Origin: a virus
Lineage: Duplodnaviria; Caudoviricetes
Strand: one strand, 5' to 3'
DNA length: 64,000 nucleotides
IMG/VR virus record: IMGVR_UViG_2974602649_000001
Span: 1 to 64,000 of that record
The stretch's first letter is position 1, and each line of letters begins with the position of its first letter. A program made the position numbers and the translations under genes. Below are positions 9,586 to 19,460 of this stretch, piece by piece. The notes beneath the pieces were generated by a model that had not been told where the DNA came from, ran no database searches, and saw only the letters and a list, made by a program, of their open reading frames with translations.

Positions 9586-9975
9586 ATGCAAGCTTCGAAA
9601 GTAAAAGTCCGCTTGAAAGATATTCGCCACGGTGTTAAAGTGTTCACAGCGCATCCAGCTTATGGGATCGATGAATGCACTTTGCTTAGCCGACCATTCC
9701 ACAAGCGTGGGAAAATTGTTGGCAGTCTGGGCAACTGGGTAAAAGTTCGTGTTCCTGTATCTACATTGTTCGATGACAGAGGGTATTACGAAGCAGAACA
9801 TTCATTGCGTGACATGGGTATAACATCCACGTATAATGATCGGCGTACTTTCTTCAAAAGAAAACATGCTGAGCAATGGATGGATCAGCAATCCATGTGT
9901 CCACGTTTCCAAGCACGACAAGCGGATCATGAGGAGTGGTGCAAGACACTAGACTGGTACATGGACGATATGTAA
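9586..9975 (+). CDS. early hypothetical protein
   Basis: GGAG RBS. Confidence 0.7.
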   Translation: MQASKVKVRLKDIRHGVKVFTAHPAYGIDECTLLSRPFHKRGKIVGSLGNWVKVRVPVSTLFDDRGYYEAEHSLRDMGITSTYNDRRTFFKRKHAEQWMDQQSMCPRFQARQADHEEWCKTLDWYMDDM

Positions 9976-10049
9976 AGGTTGCACCAAAGCTATTGCTTTC
10001 CTGTAATAGCTTTGCTAGAATCTTTCCTACACAACTGGAGCAACATAAA

Positions 10050-10406
10050 ATGATCGAAGTAAAACGCGGCACTATCTACAAACACCGTATCAACGGCATG
10101 CAATACAAGTGGGATGGTGCAAGCTGGGAATACAAAAGTAAAGTGGATGGCCAATGGTGGCCGTCCTTGTCCAGCAATTTCCGCTTAATTGAAAAGCTTG
10201 AAGAAATCGAAATCGCACCAACTCGCATATTAACCGCGCATGACTTCGACTATAGTCTGACACTTGATCGAACCGAAGAGGGAATGTTTGTTGTAACCTA
10301 CGGTGAACAAGTCACAGCGTGGCAAAAGTGGCAAGATGCGTTCAATGACTTTACAGAATGCGTTGCCCATGCCTCTGACTTGAAAGGGTTACATTACATT
10401 CACTAA
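10050..10406 (+). CDS. early hypothetical protein
   Basis: GGAG RBS after promoter 9993. Confidence 0.7.
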   Translation: MIEVKRGTIYKHRINGMQYKWDGASWEYKSKVDGQWWPSLSSNFRLIEKLEEIEIAPTRILTAHDFDYSLTLDRTEEGMFVVTYGEQVTAWQKWQDAFNDFTECVAHASDLKGLHYIH

Positions 10407-10492
10407 AGCTTTTAACAAAAGCTGTTGACAACGTTAGCAGCTTTGATTAGAATCTTTACCCATAACGCAACACAATCAACTAAGGAAAAGCA

Positions 10493-10624
10493 ATGACCAT
10501 CTTCTTCGCTACTCGTGCTAAACTTCGTGCCTTCTCTTCCAAGAACGGTAAGAAAGTAGACAACGGAGCTAACGCACCGGTAGGTAAGCGCTACGCCTTT
10601 GTAATTGCAAAGGGGAGCAACTAA
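10493..10624 (+). CDS. small basic early protein (43 aa, MTIFFATRAKLRAFSSKNGKKVDNG...)
   Basis: AAGGA RBS after promoter 10425; below ORF-track cutoff. Confidence 0.6.
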   Translation: MTIFFATRAKLRAFSSKNGKKVDNGANAPVGKRYAFVIAKGSN

Positions 10625-10625
10625 C

Positions 10626-10814
10626 ATGGTTGTAGTTATCGGTAGTGCAACTAAAGTAAACTCCGTAAATGGCCACGTTCGACAATTCGATATTGTCAAA
10701 GTAAAACGAAGCACATCGTATGGTTGGGAAGTTGAAGACGCACACGGAAAACATCACATTCTTTTTGATTCGTTTGATGATGTTGTCGTGTTGTTTATGG
10801 GAGAAGAGAAATGA
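10626..10814 (+). CDS. early hypothetical protein
   Basis: GGGAG RBS. Confidence 0.6.
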   Translation: MVVVIGSATKVNSVNGHVRQFDIVKVKRSTSYGWEVEDAHGKHHILFDSFDDVVVLFMGEEK

Positions 10815-11137
10815 AACTGTCCGAAATTCTAGCAGGTGCTATTGAAGTATACGCAGCACATGAAGGTTTGTTTATGTGCCACATTGTGACAGGTGTGTAT
10901 AAGGAAACTTTCCCGTATGCGCACTTTGAGCACACCGGTGATGGTGAGGCTTTGAAGCGACTTATCAATGCCAAACTAAACTACCATGCGACACTTGACA
11001 TTTATCTGTCAGCAAAGGATAAGGATTATCCGGGCTTTATCGATGAAAAAATCGACTGGGGTCATCCTGATTGTTTGAATTATCGTGTTGACTGGTATCG
11101 CGCACTTGTAGTAGAATTGCAGGCACAAGGTAGGTAA
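10811..11137 (+). CDS. early hypothetical protein
   Basis: ATGA overlap, GGAG RBS. Confidence 0.7.
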   Translation: MKLSEILAGAIEVYAAHEGLFMCHIVTGVYKETFPYAHFEHTGDGEALKRLINAKLNYHATLDIYLSAKDKDYPGFIDEKIDWGHPDCLNYRVDWYRALVVELQAQGR

Positions 11138-11141
11138 GAGC

Positions 11142-11233
11142 GTTTGTTATATACACCCGTTGACCTAGCCGATACGCTGGACGGGTAAAGGCCACGCTCT
11201 AAAGGGTGGTTAGTGAGGGTGTATATAACAGGC
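11142..11233 (+). other. long intergenic stem-loop (candidate RNase III site or small RNA)
   Basis: GTTTGTTATATACACCC ... GGGTGTATATAACAGGC 17-bp stem enclosing further hairpins. Confidence 0.6.
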
Positions 11234-11513
11234 TAACTTAATTCGAAGTAGCTTTACTTTAACTGAAAAAGGATATATGATTATGGCTCGCAAACTGACT
11301 GTCAAAGACTTCGCAACCGCTTATGAATATGAGCAACACAAACGTGGCGTGCGCAAAGCTGACAGCAACAAGCGTACCAGTTCTACCGGTCGTCGTGACT
11401 TCCACATTTTTGTTCCACACACAGCGGAAAACAACTAAATTAAGTAGTTGACACCCACTGTAAACCCTGTAAAATACCAAGCATCAAGACAGCAAACACG
11501 GAGCAACACAAAA

Positions 11514-11813
11514 ATGGCACGTAAAATCACCACTGACGCAATCAACGCTTTCATGGCTGGTGAAAAGTTCAACCGTGACAATACCATGGTAAGTGTCGGA
11601 CCTAATACTGGTGCGTGTGGCTTACATTTGCATGGTAACCTGATTGCTACGCGTGAACGCGGGTTGGGTGAAATTGAAATCTCAAATGCTGGTTTCTTTA
11701 CCAACACAACCAAAGAGCGATTGAACGGCATCCCGGGTGTAAGTATTTGCCAGAGGAAAGGCGTCTGGTACTTGAACGGTAATGAGTGGGATGGTTCTTG
11801 GACCAAAATTTAA
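11514..11813 (+). CDS. early hypothetical protein
   Basis: GGAG RBS after promoter 11448. Confidence 0.75.
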   Translation: MARKITTDAINAFMAGEKFNRDNTMVSVGPNTGACGLHLHGNLIATRERGLGEIEISNAGFFTNTTKERLNGIPGVSICQRKGVWYLNGNEWDGSWTKI

Positions 11814-11907
11814 TCGAAAGCTTTTGAATATTAGGTGTTGACAAGGTTAGCACCTAATGACATAATCTTTCTCACAAACAACGCAACATCATTCGGAGCA
11901 ACAAACC

Positions 11908-12351
11908 ATGCAACTGACTTTCTCGCAAATCAAAGCCATCAAATCGTTCTGTGAAGACCTGTTCAGCACCCCGGACTGGCGGGAAGTGGTGGAACAAATC
12001 GCTGACGATGAAACGGACTTTGAAGTTGATAACGTCCGTTTCATTCACACCGATTCGATTGACAGTGTGCTAGCTGATGAGTTAGAAGGTGATGAGTATG
12101 TGTTAGGTTGCTTTAACGCTAACGTCATTGCGGATGTTACCGGCTGGCCAGAGGTTTTGATCGAAGCCGCCAAAAAGGGTGAGGCTTACAAAGAAATTGG
12201 TGAGGCTCTTATTGATGGTGGATTCGTGGAAGCATTGGCAAAGGCTTACTCCGAGGCTGACGGATACGGCCATCACTTCAATTCCTATGATGGGAATGAA
12301 GAAGAGTTGAATGTTAACGGTTCGATGTTCCACGTATTCGACCAGCACTAA
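11908..12351 (+). CDS. highly acidic early protein, candidate DNA-mimic/antirestriction protein
   Basis: about 33 D/E versus about 8 K/R in 147 aa; own promoter. Confidence 0.5.
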   Translation: MQLTFSQIKAIKSFCEDLFSTPDWREVVEQIADDETDFEVDNVRFIHTDSIDSVLADELEGDEYVLGCFNANVIADVTGWPEVLIEAAKKGEAYKEIGEALIDGGFVEALAKAYSEADGYGHHFNSYDGNEEELNVNGSMFHVFDQH

Positions 12352-12493
12352 GTAATAGACAAAGCCCCTTAACTGGGGCTAAGTCGATAGAAAAGATTGA
12401 TTGACAAGGATGCCAGTTGTGCTAATCTAACCCTGTAGACGGTTGATTTAAGCAGTAGCCGCCAATGACGTTATCTTATAACTGAGGTGTGTT

Positions 12494-12715
12494 ATGAATC
12501 CTAGTCGTTATCGTGCTAACGTTTACGCATTGGCTAACCACGCCAGTGCAATGACTGTAGAAGGCTTGCAGCATGCAATATTAGAGGATTGGAAGAATCC
12601 TCAGTGGCCAGCAATCCTATTCGATGGCATGAATCTTGCCTTGCGTAGAAAGATGGGCCGCAATGCGTATGCTCAGTGGTTTAACAGCCTCCCGATTGAG
12701 GAGTCTGATAAATGA
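12494..12715 (+). CDS. early hypothetical protein
   Basis: GAGGT RBS. Confidence 0.65.
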   Translation: MNPSRYRANVYALANHASAMTVEGLQHAILEDWKNPQWPAILFDGMNLALRRKMGRNAYAQWFNSLPIEESDK

Positions 12716-12948
12716 AAAAGCTTGCCACCTACACCGTCACCATGCTTGCATACAACGTGCCAGTTGTGAGGCAGGCAACAATCTACGCTGAGGCTGAGCC
12801 AAACAAGCGTGGGGAAACTTTCGAGGTAAGCACCCACACGGGCGCCCCCGGTGTGCTGTGGGAGTTCCAACCGTTCGCCACCTTGGAAGAGGCAACAGTC
12901 TACGCTCTGAGGTTCTTAGGTGGAACAACCCTTACACAGAAACTTTGA
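12712..12948 (+). CDS. early hypothetical protein
   Basis: GAGGAG RBS, ATGA overlap. Confidence 0.65.
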   Translation: MKKLATYTVTMLAYNVPVVRQATIYAEAEPNKRGETFEVSTHTGAPGVLWEFQPFATLEEATVYALRFLGGTTLTQKL

Positions 12949-13285
12949 AAATAACACTTGACGCCTATTTTGAATGCTGTAGAATGGGCGTCAAGAAAGA
13001 GGAACGGCGATAACGCCAAAATAACCCTCTAGGGAGAAAGTTATGGAATTCAAAACAATCTGCGCTTGCTGTGGTGAAGAAATCAAGCAAGATGTTGTTC
13101 ATGCTGACCCTTGGGGCGATGGTAAAGATTCAACGTTCTGTTCGTTTGAATGTGTGGAACATGTTGCAGATGAGTGGCGTGAGTACATGGATAGTTACGA
13201 TGTCTGACTAAAGCCCCTAATTGGAGTGGAGCCCGCCTAGTGCGGGCTGAGTCAGTAGAAAACAAATGGTTCTGAGGGCTTTACA

Positions 13286-13540
13286 ATGGTTTCCACTTTC
13301 GCTACAATGCTGGTCGTATGCACAATGTCGCAATGCAGTGATTACGGTGCGGACACGGCAAGCTTAGAATTCTCGCAACAACAGAACACAAAGCGTGTTC
13401 AAAAGGAACTTGACAACGCCATGCAAAACGAGCATGATATGCAAAAGTTCCTTGATAAGTATCAAATCGGGGAAACAGTGTTCGAGATAGTAAGCATTGA
13501 TGTAGAAAACCGAACACTGCAAGAAAAAGAAATTCCATGA
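13286..13540 (+). CDS. early hypothetical protein, possible signal peptide
   Basis: hydrophobic N-terminus followed by Cys residues. Confidence 0.6.
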   Translation: MVSTFATMLVVCTMSQCSDYGADTASLEFSQQQNTKRVQKELDNAMQNEHDMQKFLDKYQIGETVFEIVSIDVENRTLQEKEIP

Positions 13541-13621
13541 AATACCGCTTGACTCACCTGTTAACCGGTATTATTATAACCACACTGATTTACACAGCAA
13601 TTCAATTCGGAGCAAGTTAAA

Positions 13622-13834
13622 ATGACAAATCTAACAGTTCGCCAGATACAAGCCCTTGATGTTCGGATGTTTGAAGAGTCTGCTAAAGACTTGATCAAGC
13701 ATGGTGCTGACTGGGTGCATACTGTTGGTGATTTGCTATTGATTGTTGCTCATGATTTCACGGTTTGGTTGTGTGAGCTTCCAGCAAATGAAATCGACTT
13801 ACTCAAAGCTAAAATGATTAAGAGGGTTTTGTAA
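13622..13834 (+). CDS. early hypothetical protein
   Basis: GGAG RBS after promoter 13549. Confidence 0.65.
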   Translation: MTNLTVRQIQALDVRMFEESAKDLIKHGADWVHTVGDLLLIVAHDFTVWLCELPANEIDLLKAKMIKRVL

Positions 13835-14073
13835 TGACTTTGCAACATATCAATCTCGCGTTCCAAGCTGACACTAAGTTTAAGTATCTTGGCTGTGCTG
13901 ATTTAACTGCCCATGCGATGCATAAGATTCCAGTTGGAACTGTTGTAACTCTGAGCCACGATGTGCTAAAGAATGAACTAGATGATTTCTTTGAGTGCAA
14001 ACTGCCAGAGTCTTTTCCGGGTAATGGTACTGCTCAATACTTCAAACGTTCTGAACTCGAAATCATCGGTTAA
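13834..14073 (+). CDS. early hypothetical protein
   Basis: TAATG coupling. Confidence 0.65.
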   Translation: MTLQHINLAFQADTKFKYLGCADLTAHAMHKIPVGTVVTLSHDVLKNELDDFFECKLPESFPGNGTAQYFKRSELEIIG

Positions 14074-14090
14074 TAATTAAGGAGAAAGTT

Positions 14091-14303
14091 GTGTCTGTAG
14101 TTGCTCGTAACACTCGGTTGTATAAAGTCACCATGTCTGACACCGTAAAGGGTCAATCGTTTAGCTTCTCTCAGGAATACGCTGCAACAAAGGAATTTGA
14201 TGCGCGTGTACAGGCTTGGACAGAATACGGGCATGATACAATGGGTTTTGTCTCGAAAAGCTTTAAGGTAGATGACATTCAACTTGTACAGTACAAGGGT
14301 TAA
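14091..14303 (+). CDS. early hypothetical protein
   Basis: AAGGAG RBS, GTG start. Confidence 0.6.
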   Translation: MSVVARNTRLYKVTMSDTVKGQSFSFSQEYAATKEFDARVQAWTEYGHDTMGFVSKSFKVDDIQLVQYKG

Positions 14304-14305
14304 CA

Positions 14306-14611
14306 ATGAACAGTAGGCAACATTTCACTTTAATGGTGGGCGTGGGAGTTGGGTTTGTTGTTCTTGTGTTGGGTGCAATGTACGCACCACCAAAGCCACT
14401 CCCGCCACCAGCACCCCCGAAAGTGGTGCAAAAAGGTGATACTAAAACTGTTCGTGACAATGCAATGTACGCAAAAGTTTTTGATTCTTGCATGGATAAA
14501 TACAGCAACCCTAGCCAGTGTCGGTACACTGCTGAGGAGGCATCCAATACCGAACAGTATTGGGACGGTTCCAAGTGGGTTAAGTTCAACTACAATTTAA
14601 AAGGGGAGTAA
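14306..14611 (+). CDS. membrane-anchored protein with Pro-rich linker
   Basis: N-terminal TM helix, PPKPLPPPAPP, paired Cys. Confidence 0.7.
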   Translation: MNSRQHFTLMVGVGVGFVVLVLGAMYAPPKPLPPPAPPKVVQKGDTKTVRDNAMYAKVFDSCMDKYSNPSQCRYTAEEASNTEQYWDGSKWVKFNYNLKGE

Positions 14612-14617
14612 GTAAAG

Positions 14618-15070
14618 ATGGAATGGTTTCTGATTTATGTTTTCGTCATGATTGAAAAGCTGACAGCAATTCTCGACAAAGGTTACTTTGTCATGTTCGT
14701 CGGTGTTGCTGTGATCTTGTTGTCCTATTTCTTTGTAGGCATCAGTGGTGACACAAACACCACCTACCAAGAACAGCTTGACCGTCCTACTCCAAAGCGA
14801 TTCATTCGCATTGGCAAATGGATGGCAATCCTTGGTTTGATCGGCGGTTTGCTGGGTGAACTTGTACCGGATCAAAAGCAACTCGCAATTATTGTCGGTT
14901 CTGGCGTAACCTATAACGTTCTGACCAGTGAGCCAGCAAAACGCATCGGTGGTAAGGCTATCCAGTTGATTGAAAAGAAAGTGGATGAAGCACTGGGCAA
15001 CGAGGCTACAACGCCCAAAGAGGCACCAAAGAGCGACAACAAGCCAGAGCCGGTAGGTCAGCCTACCTAA
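14618..15070 (+). CDS. membrane protein
   Basis: two to three hydrophobic helices; GGGAG RBS. Confidence 0.75.
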   Translation: MEWFLIYVFVMIEKLTAILDKGYFVMFVGVAVILLSYFFVGISGDTNTTYQEQLDRPTPKRFIRIGKWMAILGLIGGLLGELVPDQKQLAIIVGSGVTYNVLTSEPAKRIGGKAIQLIEKKVDEALGNEATTPKEAPKSDNKPEPVGQPT

Positions 15071-15200
15071 ACACTAAAGCCCCTTAATTGGGGCTTTTTT
15101 GCGTCTGTAGAAAAGTGAAAATAAGTTGTTGACAAGGTAAACGGATCCTGTAGAATGGGCGTCAAGAAAGGGGAAATGTTTCCTCTAAGGAGAAACGCAA

Positions 15201-15374
15201 ATGAACATTCAAGCACGCATTGACTACCTTACCGAAATGCTGGAATCGGCTAAGTATGAGGCAAACGTCAATGTTAACCCCGCTAGAATTGCCTATGAAT
15301 TCTCCGACTTGGTTCGCAACCTAGAGGAGGCAATTGCCACTCTTGAGCATATCAAAGAACTCAAAGCCAAGTAA
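15201..15374 (+). CDS. early hypothetical protein (57 aa)
   Basis: AAGGAG RBS after promoter 15129. Confidence 0.65.
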   Translation: MNIQARIDYLTEMLESAKYEANVNVNPARIAYEFSDLVRNLEEAIATLEHIKELKAK

Positions 15375-15421
15375 TGACAAGCCCCTTAATTGGGGCTAAG
15401 TCAGTAGAAGAGAACTAACAT

Positions 15422-15437
15422 TGTTCCACATGGAACA
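15422..15437. promoter_or_regulatory. parS-like site 1
   Basis: TGTTCCACATGGAACA, one mismatch to the parS palindrome TGTTCCACGTGGAACA; intergenic. Confidence 0.7.
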
Positions 15438-15566
15438 ATCCAAACCAAGGAGGCACCATGGATAAGCAACTGCGCGACATTTTGATTAATGCACTCATTG
15501 CAAACGCTGTAGTTGTCCTGTATGCTATGGTGCATTACCTGAAACCAATCCTCTGGAGTGCTGTAC

Positions 15567-15875
15567 ATGCTTACTAAAGAAATGAAATCGTTCCTTTCTG
15601 ACTGGCTTACGTGGGTAAACATCGGTGCCCCTATTCACGATGTTTTTGAACAGAACGGTCTCTGTTCGAACTTTGACCGCTGGTCAAGCAAACAAGGACT
15701 TGATTTAACTACTTTCGCAAATGGTATCAAGTCCATGAAGCTGGTATTTATCAATGAAGGGCTTGATAGAGAGTTTCCGTTTGATGGTCACGCGGGGAAC
15801 TACCTTGAGGCATTGAAAAGTGCCAGTTTCACAAAGAACCAAATGCGGGTTGACTGGGTGAGAAATCACCTGTAA
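15567..15875 (+). CDS. early hypothetical protein
   Basis: GGAG RBS. Confidence 0.65.
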   Translation: MLTKEMKSFLSDWLTWVNIGAPIHDVFEQNGLCSNFDRWSSKQGLDLTTFANGIKSMKLVFINEGLDREFPFDGHAGNYLEALKSASFTKNQMRVDWVRNHL

Positions 15876-15876
15876 G

Positions 15877-16197
15877 ATGCGAACTGTCAAAGCGACAAGG
15901 CGACCGCTACAGCAAAGCCTGAGACGTAAAGAGGATTGGAGGACCATCCTACGGTCCCCCGAGCCGCTTTCTAGCGCTGATACGCTGGATGCTAGAGCGC
16001 AGGCTATTGATGACTGTAAGTACGCTCTAAAGCTAAATGCGGGACTTTCAAGCTATGCAGCGCTGTGGAATCACTTCGCTATGTGGCTGTACAACAATGA
16101 TGAAATAGTTGTTGACACACACCCTGATCATGCGTATTATCTGGCTATCAAAGAGATTCGGGAAAAGTGGCAAACGTCACAATGTCTTTTGAGGTGA
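15877..16197 (+). CDS. early hypothetical protein
   Basis: ORF track, abuts previous stop. Confidence 0.55.
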   Translation: MRTVKATRRPLQQSLRRKEDWRTILRSPEPLSSADTLDARAQAIDDCKYALKLNAGLSSYAALWNHFAMWLYNNDEIVVDTHPDHAYYLAIKEIREKWQTSQCLLR

Positions 16198-16747
16198 GTA
16201 TGAAAAACATTACACGTTATGAATTCAAACACATTTCAGTTAATGGTGATCCAGTAGCGTGGTTTGTCTTCTATGATGACGATGGGCAACTTGCTCGGGT
16301 TGTGTACACACGGGAAGAGGCTGCCCAATATGAACGAATGGCGTACACTGTCCACCCCGTGTTTGGTGACCCTCAAAATGCGTGAACGCTGGGCAACAAA
16401 AGTTCAAAACGAGTGTGAGACCGCTGGTTTCACATTCACCAAACGAGACGATAACGGGCATTGGGAATGCAAGGACGGTGGCAAGGTTCTGTTTCAATCC
16501 CGTAGCTTAGGTGATGTTCTCCGAAAAGTCGGGAACGCCTTGGAAATTCCAAACTAAGGAGTAACTTGTGATTTATATCATTTTTGCAAATATTCTGGTC
16601 TTCATCATGCTGGCCTTCGCGTGGTCGAGTAATGGGTTAACAAACGTCCTCATTAAAACCATTCTGACCATCCTAGTCGTGATGAACGCGACAATTGCAG
16701 GTGTTGAACTGGGCTTTCTCCCTTCACCTAATTAAGGAGTAATTACA

Positions 16748-16969
16748 ATGTACGAATGCACCCAACACGAAGAACTGAAATCTAAATTTGCAGAAGCCTA
16801 TTACAAGGGGGTCAATGAACCCCTTTCAAAGGAGGAAGACGAACAGCTAAGGACTGAATTCAGAGAACTAGAGGACTCATTAATGGGTGCGATGCCTGAG
16901 AAAGAGTTTCAAGAATTCTATCAGCTAGTACACAATGCTGCATGGGGAAACTCATGTTGGGAACCATAG
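16748..16969 (+). CDS. early hypothetical protein (acidic)
   Basis: AAGGAG RBS. Confidence 0.65.
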   Translation: MYECTQHEELKSKFAEAYYKGVNEPLSKEEDEQLRTEFRELEDSLMGAMPEKEFQEFYQLVHNAAWGNSCWEP

Positions 16970-17302
16970 CCCCTTAATCGGGGCTTTTCTTTATCTGAAA
17001 TTCGTGTATAATGCTTTCCATGGTGTGATTTTCAGCACGAGACAAACACGAATGGTGGGTGTCATTCCCAAGTGGTTATAACAAATTCATTTCTTATTCC
17101 AAAATGATTGTTTACAACGTTTTCAGTTGGCGTATAATGACCACATCAAGACAGGACACACAGTCAAGTCAAAACAAGGAGCGACACCATGCAAGCAATC
17201 AAAGACACCCTCATTTTCCTCGGTTGCTGTGGCATTGTCATCCTTGGTATCTGCGCTCCTTTCCTCATTGTTGACGCACTCCATTACTTTGGGAACTAAC
17301 TC

Positions 17303-17677
17303 ATGACTACTTGGAAACCTACATCTGAACAATCCCGTGAAATCCGCGACTACGCCAAAATGCGTGCCGGTACTGGCTGGGTCAAGTTGGAACTGGGCGA
17401 AAAGGTAAACACAAACCTTGACGCTTGTGCCCGAGGTGCTGTATTCTACAGCCCTAACGTGATGTTGTTCACTGACGACATTCACAACGAAGAAAGTAGC
17501 TATGACTTGGCTGATTTAATCCAGTGGGATGAGTTCCGCAAGAAAGGTGTAGAATTGACTGACGATGGCTGTGCATATCTTGACTTTTATGTGTATGACC
17601 GTGATGGTCTGAATTGCAACATTGCAGTTAGCGTCATGGTTGACGGTAAAGAATCTATTATCCTTTGCGGAGGCTAA
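17303..17677 (+). CDS. early hypothetical protein
   Basis: 124 aa ORF. Confidence 0.7.
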   Translation: MTTWKPTSEQSREIRDYAKMRAGTGWVKLELGEKVNTNLDACARGAVFYSPNVMLFTDDIHNEESSYDLADLIQWDEFRKKGVELTDDGCAYLDFYVYDRDGLNCNIAVSVMVDGKESIILCGG

Positions 17678-17787
17678 TCTACCTTACTGTTGAAAAGTTT
17701 TAAAATAAGGGTTGACACCTTACCCTAAAGTGATAGAATGAACCACATAGAGAGGCGAAACGCCTCAGTCATTAGAGGTAAGGCGTC

Positions 17788-18003
17788 ATGAAAACTATTA
17801 CTTTTGCTGTTCTGATGGTAGTTGGTATCGTTGCTGGTATGAACACATTTGGTCGTGCTGCAATCAATGACTACAACAGTGCAAAGGTTGCAGAAGAGTA
17901 TACACAACGCAAAGCTACCCAACTGGCAGAAGACATTAAAGCTTGTGCGTCTGGTAAAACCACTCTGATTATGGTTGCTGGCAAATTTTGCCACAAAGGT
18001 TAA
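17788..18003 (+). CDS. early secreted/membrane-anchored protein
   Basis: signal-like N-terminus; GAGGT RBS after promoter 17712. Confidence 0.65.
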   Translation: MKTITFAVLMVVGIVAGMNTFGRAAINDYNSAKVAEEYTQRKATQLAEDIKACASGKTTLIMVAGKFCHKG

Positions 18004-18310
18004 TCTTATGAAAATTCAAGTAAAACCCTCACATGTCAAGCGTCGCATGTCGCTTCAATACTCACTTTGGTTACAGGAAAACAAAGGTAAGATATTCACA
18101 GCCACGCTGCATAATATCAACTATTACAAAATCACTGATAGTGATGCACCAATGAAATTGGTTCACATATACGATGCAATTGAAATTGCCCCTTAAATGG
18201 GGCTTTCTTTTGTCTGGCGTTTGTGTATAATGACAGCATACGCTGGGATAGCGTTTCTAAGGTGCGAAGCTGGGCACGAAATAAGCACCGGAGGAGCCTG
18301 AGATTTATGT

Positions 18311-18344
18311 TGGCATGATTCTTGTATTAGCAAAGAGCGTGCCA
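18311..18344. promoter_or_regulatory. second head-to-head pair of sigma54 motifs
   Basis: + TGGCATGATTCTTGTA (18311-18326); - TGGCACGCTCTTTGCT (18344-18329); 2 bp gap; inverted copy of 8491-8546. Confidence 0.65.
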
Positions 18345-18453
18345 GAAAAAAATATTCAAAATAATTGAAAATAGTTGTTGACCTGTTCTGTGATCGGCGT
18401 ATAATTGAACACATCAAGAGGCAACACACACACACACTTAGGAGCGACACACT

Positions 18454-18654
18454 ATGAACCCAGCAATCGCAACCATCCTGATGACCGCTATCGAAGAGTT
18501 CAAAAACGTTAAGCGCAATAAGTCTGGATCGGTTAACGAGACTTCCCGGTTTGCCATCCACAAGCGCGCTACCCGTGCAATTGTTGCCTTGGGCGAAACC
18601 TATGACGATGCCTTCGACATGGTTGCCGAGCTTTCCAAGAAATATGCTGTGTAA
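18454..18654 (+). CDS. early hypothetical protein
   Basis: AGGAG RBS after promoter 18378. Confidence 0.7.
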   Translation: MNPAIATILMTAIEEFKNVKRNKSGSVNETSRFAIHKRATRAIVALGETYDDAFDMVAELSKKYAV

Positions 18655-18747
18655 ATAGTTCAAAATAAGTGTTGACGGGTATTCTGCTTCTCGGTAGAAT
18701 ACCCACATCAAGACAAGAAACACCAACTACACACTAAGGAGCACAAC

Positions 18748-19206
18748 ATGAACGTAATGGCCAAAGCACACAAAGCAGCTAAAACCGCTAAAGCACTGGG
18801 CTCCACCATCGCGTATCGTGAACTGTTCCGTGTTGCCCTCAAGCAAGCCCACAAAGAGTACAAAGCCATGCAAATCGATCCAATGGAAGCCTTGAAACTT
18901 GACACCATCGCTAAGTTTGAAAAACGCTTGAATGAACTGTCTGAACTGCTCAAGGTTAAAGGTGTAGAAGATCAATACATCGTAACCGTTGAAAACATGG
19001 CTGTAGACTTCAACGCTAAAGCCCGCATGCCTTTCTCTGGTATCGAAGGTGCTACAAAGTTCGATAGCAAAGAACATGCCGAACTCGAAGCTAAACGATT
19101 GAAGAACGGTAACAAAGTTGGTGGTGTTGCTGTACGCCTTGACCATCAAATTGAGTTTGAAATGCAAAAACTCTGCCAACTCATCAATGAAATTAAATCG
19201 AACTAA
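18748..19206 (+). CDS. early hypothetical protein
   Basis: AAGGAG RBS after promoter 18672. Confidence 0.75.
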   Translation: MNVMAKAHKAAKTAKALGSTIAYRELFRVALKQAHKEYKAMQIDPMEALKLDTIAKFEKRLNELSELLKVKGVEDQYIVTVENMAVDFNAKARMPFSGIEGATKFDSKEHAELEAKRLKNGNKVGGVAVRLDHQIEFEMQKLCQLINEIKSN

Positions 19207-19271
19207 TGGTTGCAAGGGGCATCTGTAGTTGATACAATGCCTCTACACAAACAAAGGCAGGAGTTGGCTAA

Positions 19272-19460
19272 ATGGCAAAGCGCAGAATCCACACCTATAG
19301 CAACAATGGCAAGAAAGCTGATGTTTACCGTAACAGTGACTTTGAAGAGTATGAGGTGAGATTCTCGGTAGAGGGTGAAGACTTGCCAGATGCCGACTAT
19401 TTCACCAATGACAAGCAGGATGCCATTGAAACCGCAAACCGCTGGATTAATGAGGAGTAA
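19272..19460 (+). CDS. early hypothetical protein
   Basis: AGGAG RBS after promoter 19210. Confidence 0.7.
   Translation: MAKRRIHTYSNNGKKADVYRNSDFEEYEVRFSVEGEDLPDADYFTNDKQDAIETANRWINEE

Noticed and set aside
11411-13161. parS half-sites GTTCCAC/GTGGAAC (11412, 12327, 13154)
   Set aside because: Heptamers inside small coding regions; not distinguishable from chance
13201-13285. Hammerhead ribozyme
   Set aside because: No CUGANGA core in the required geometry
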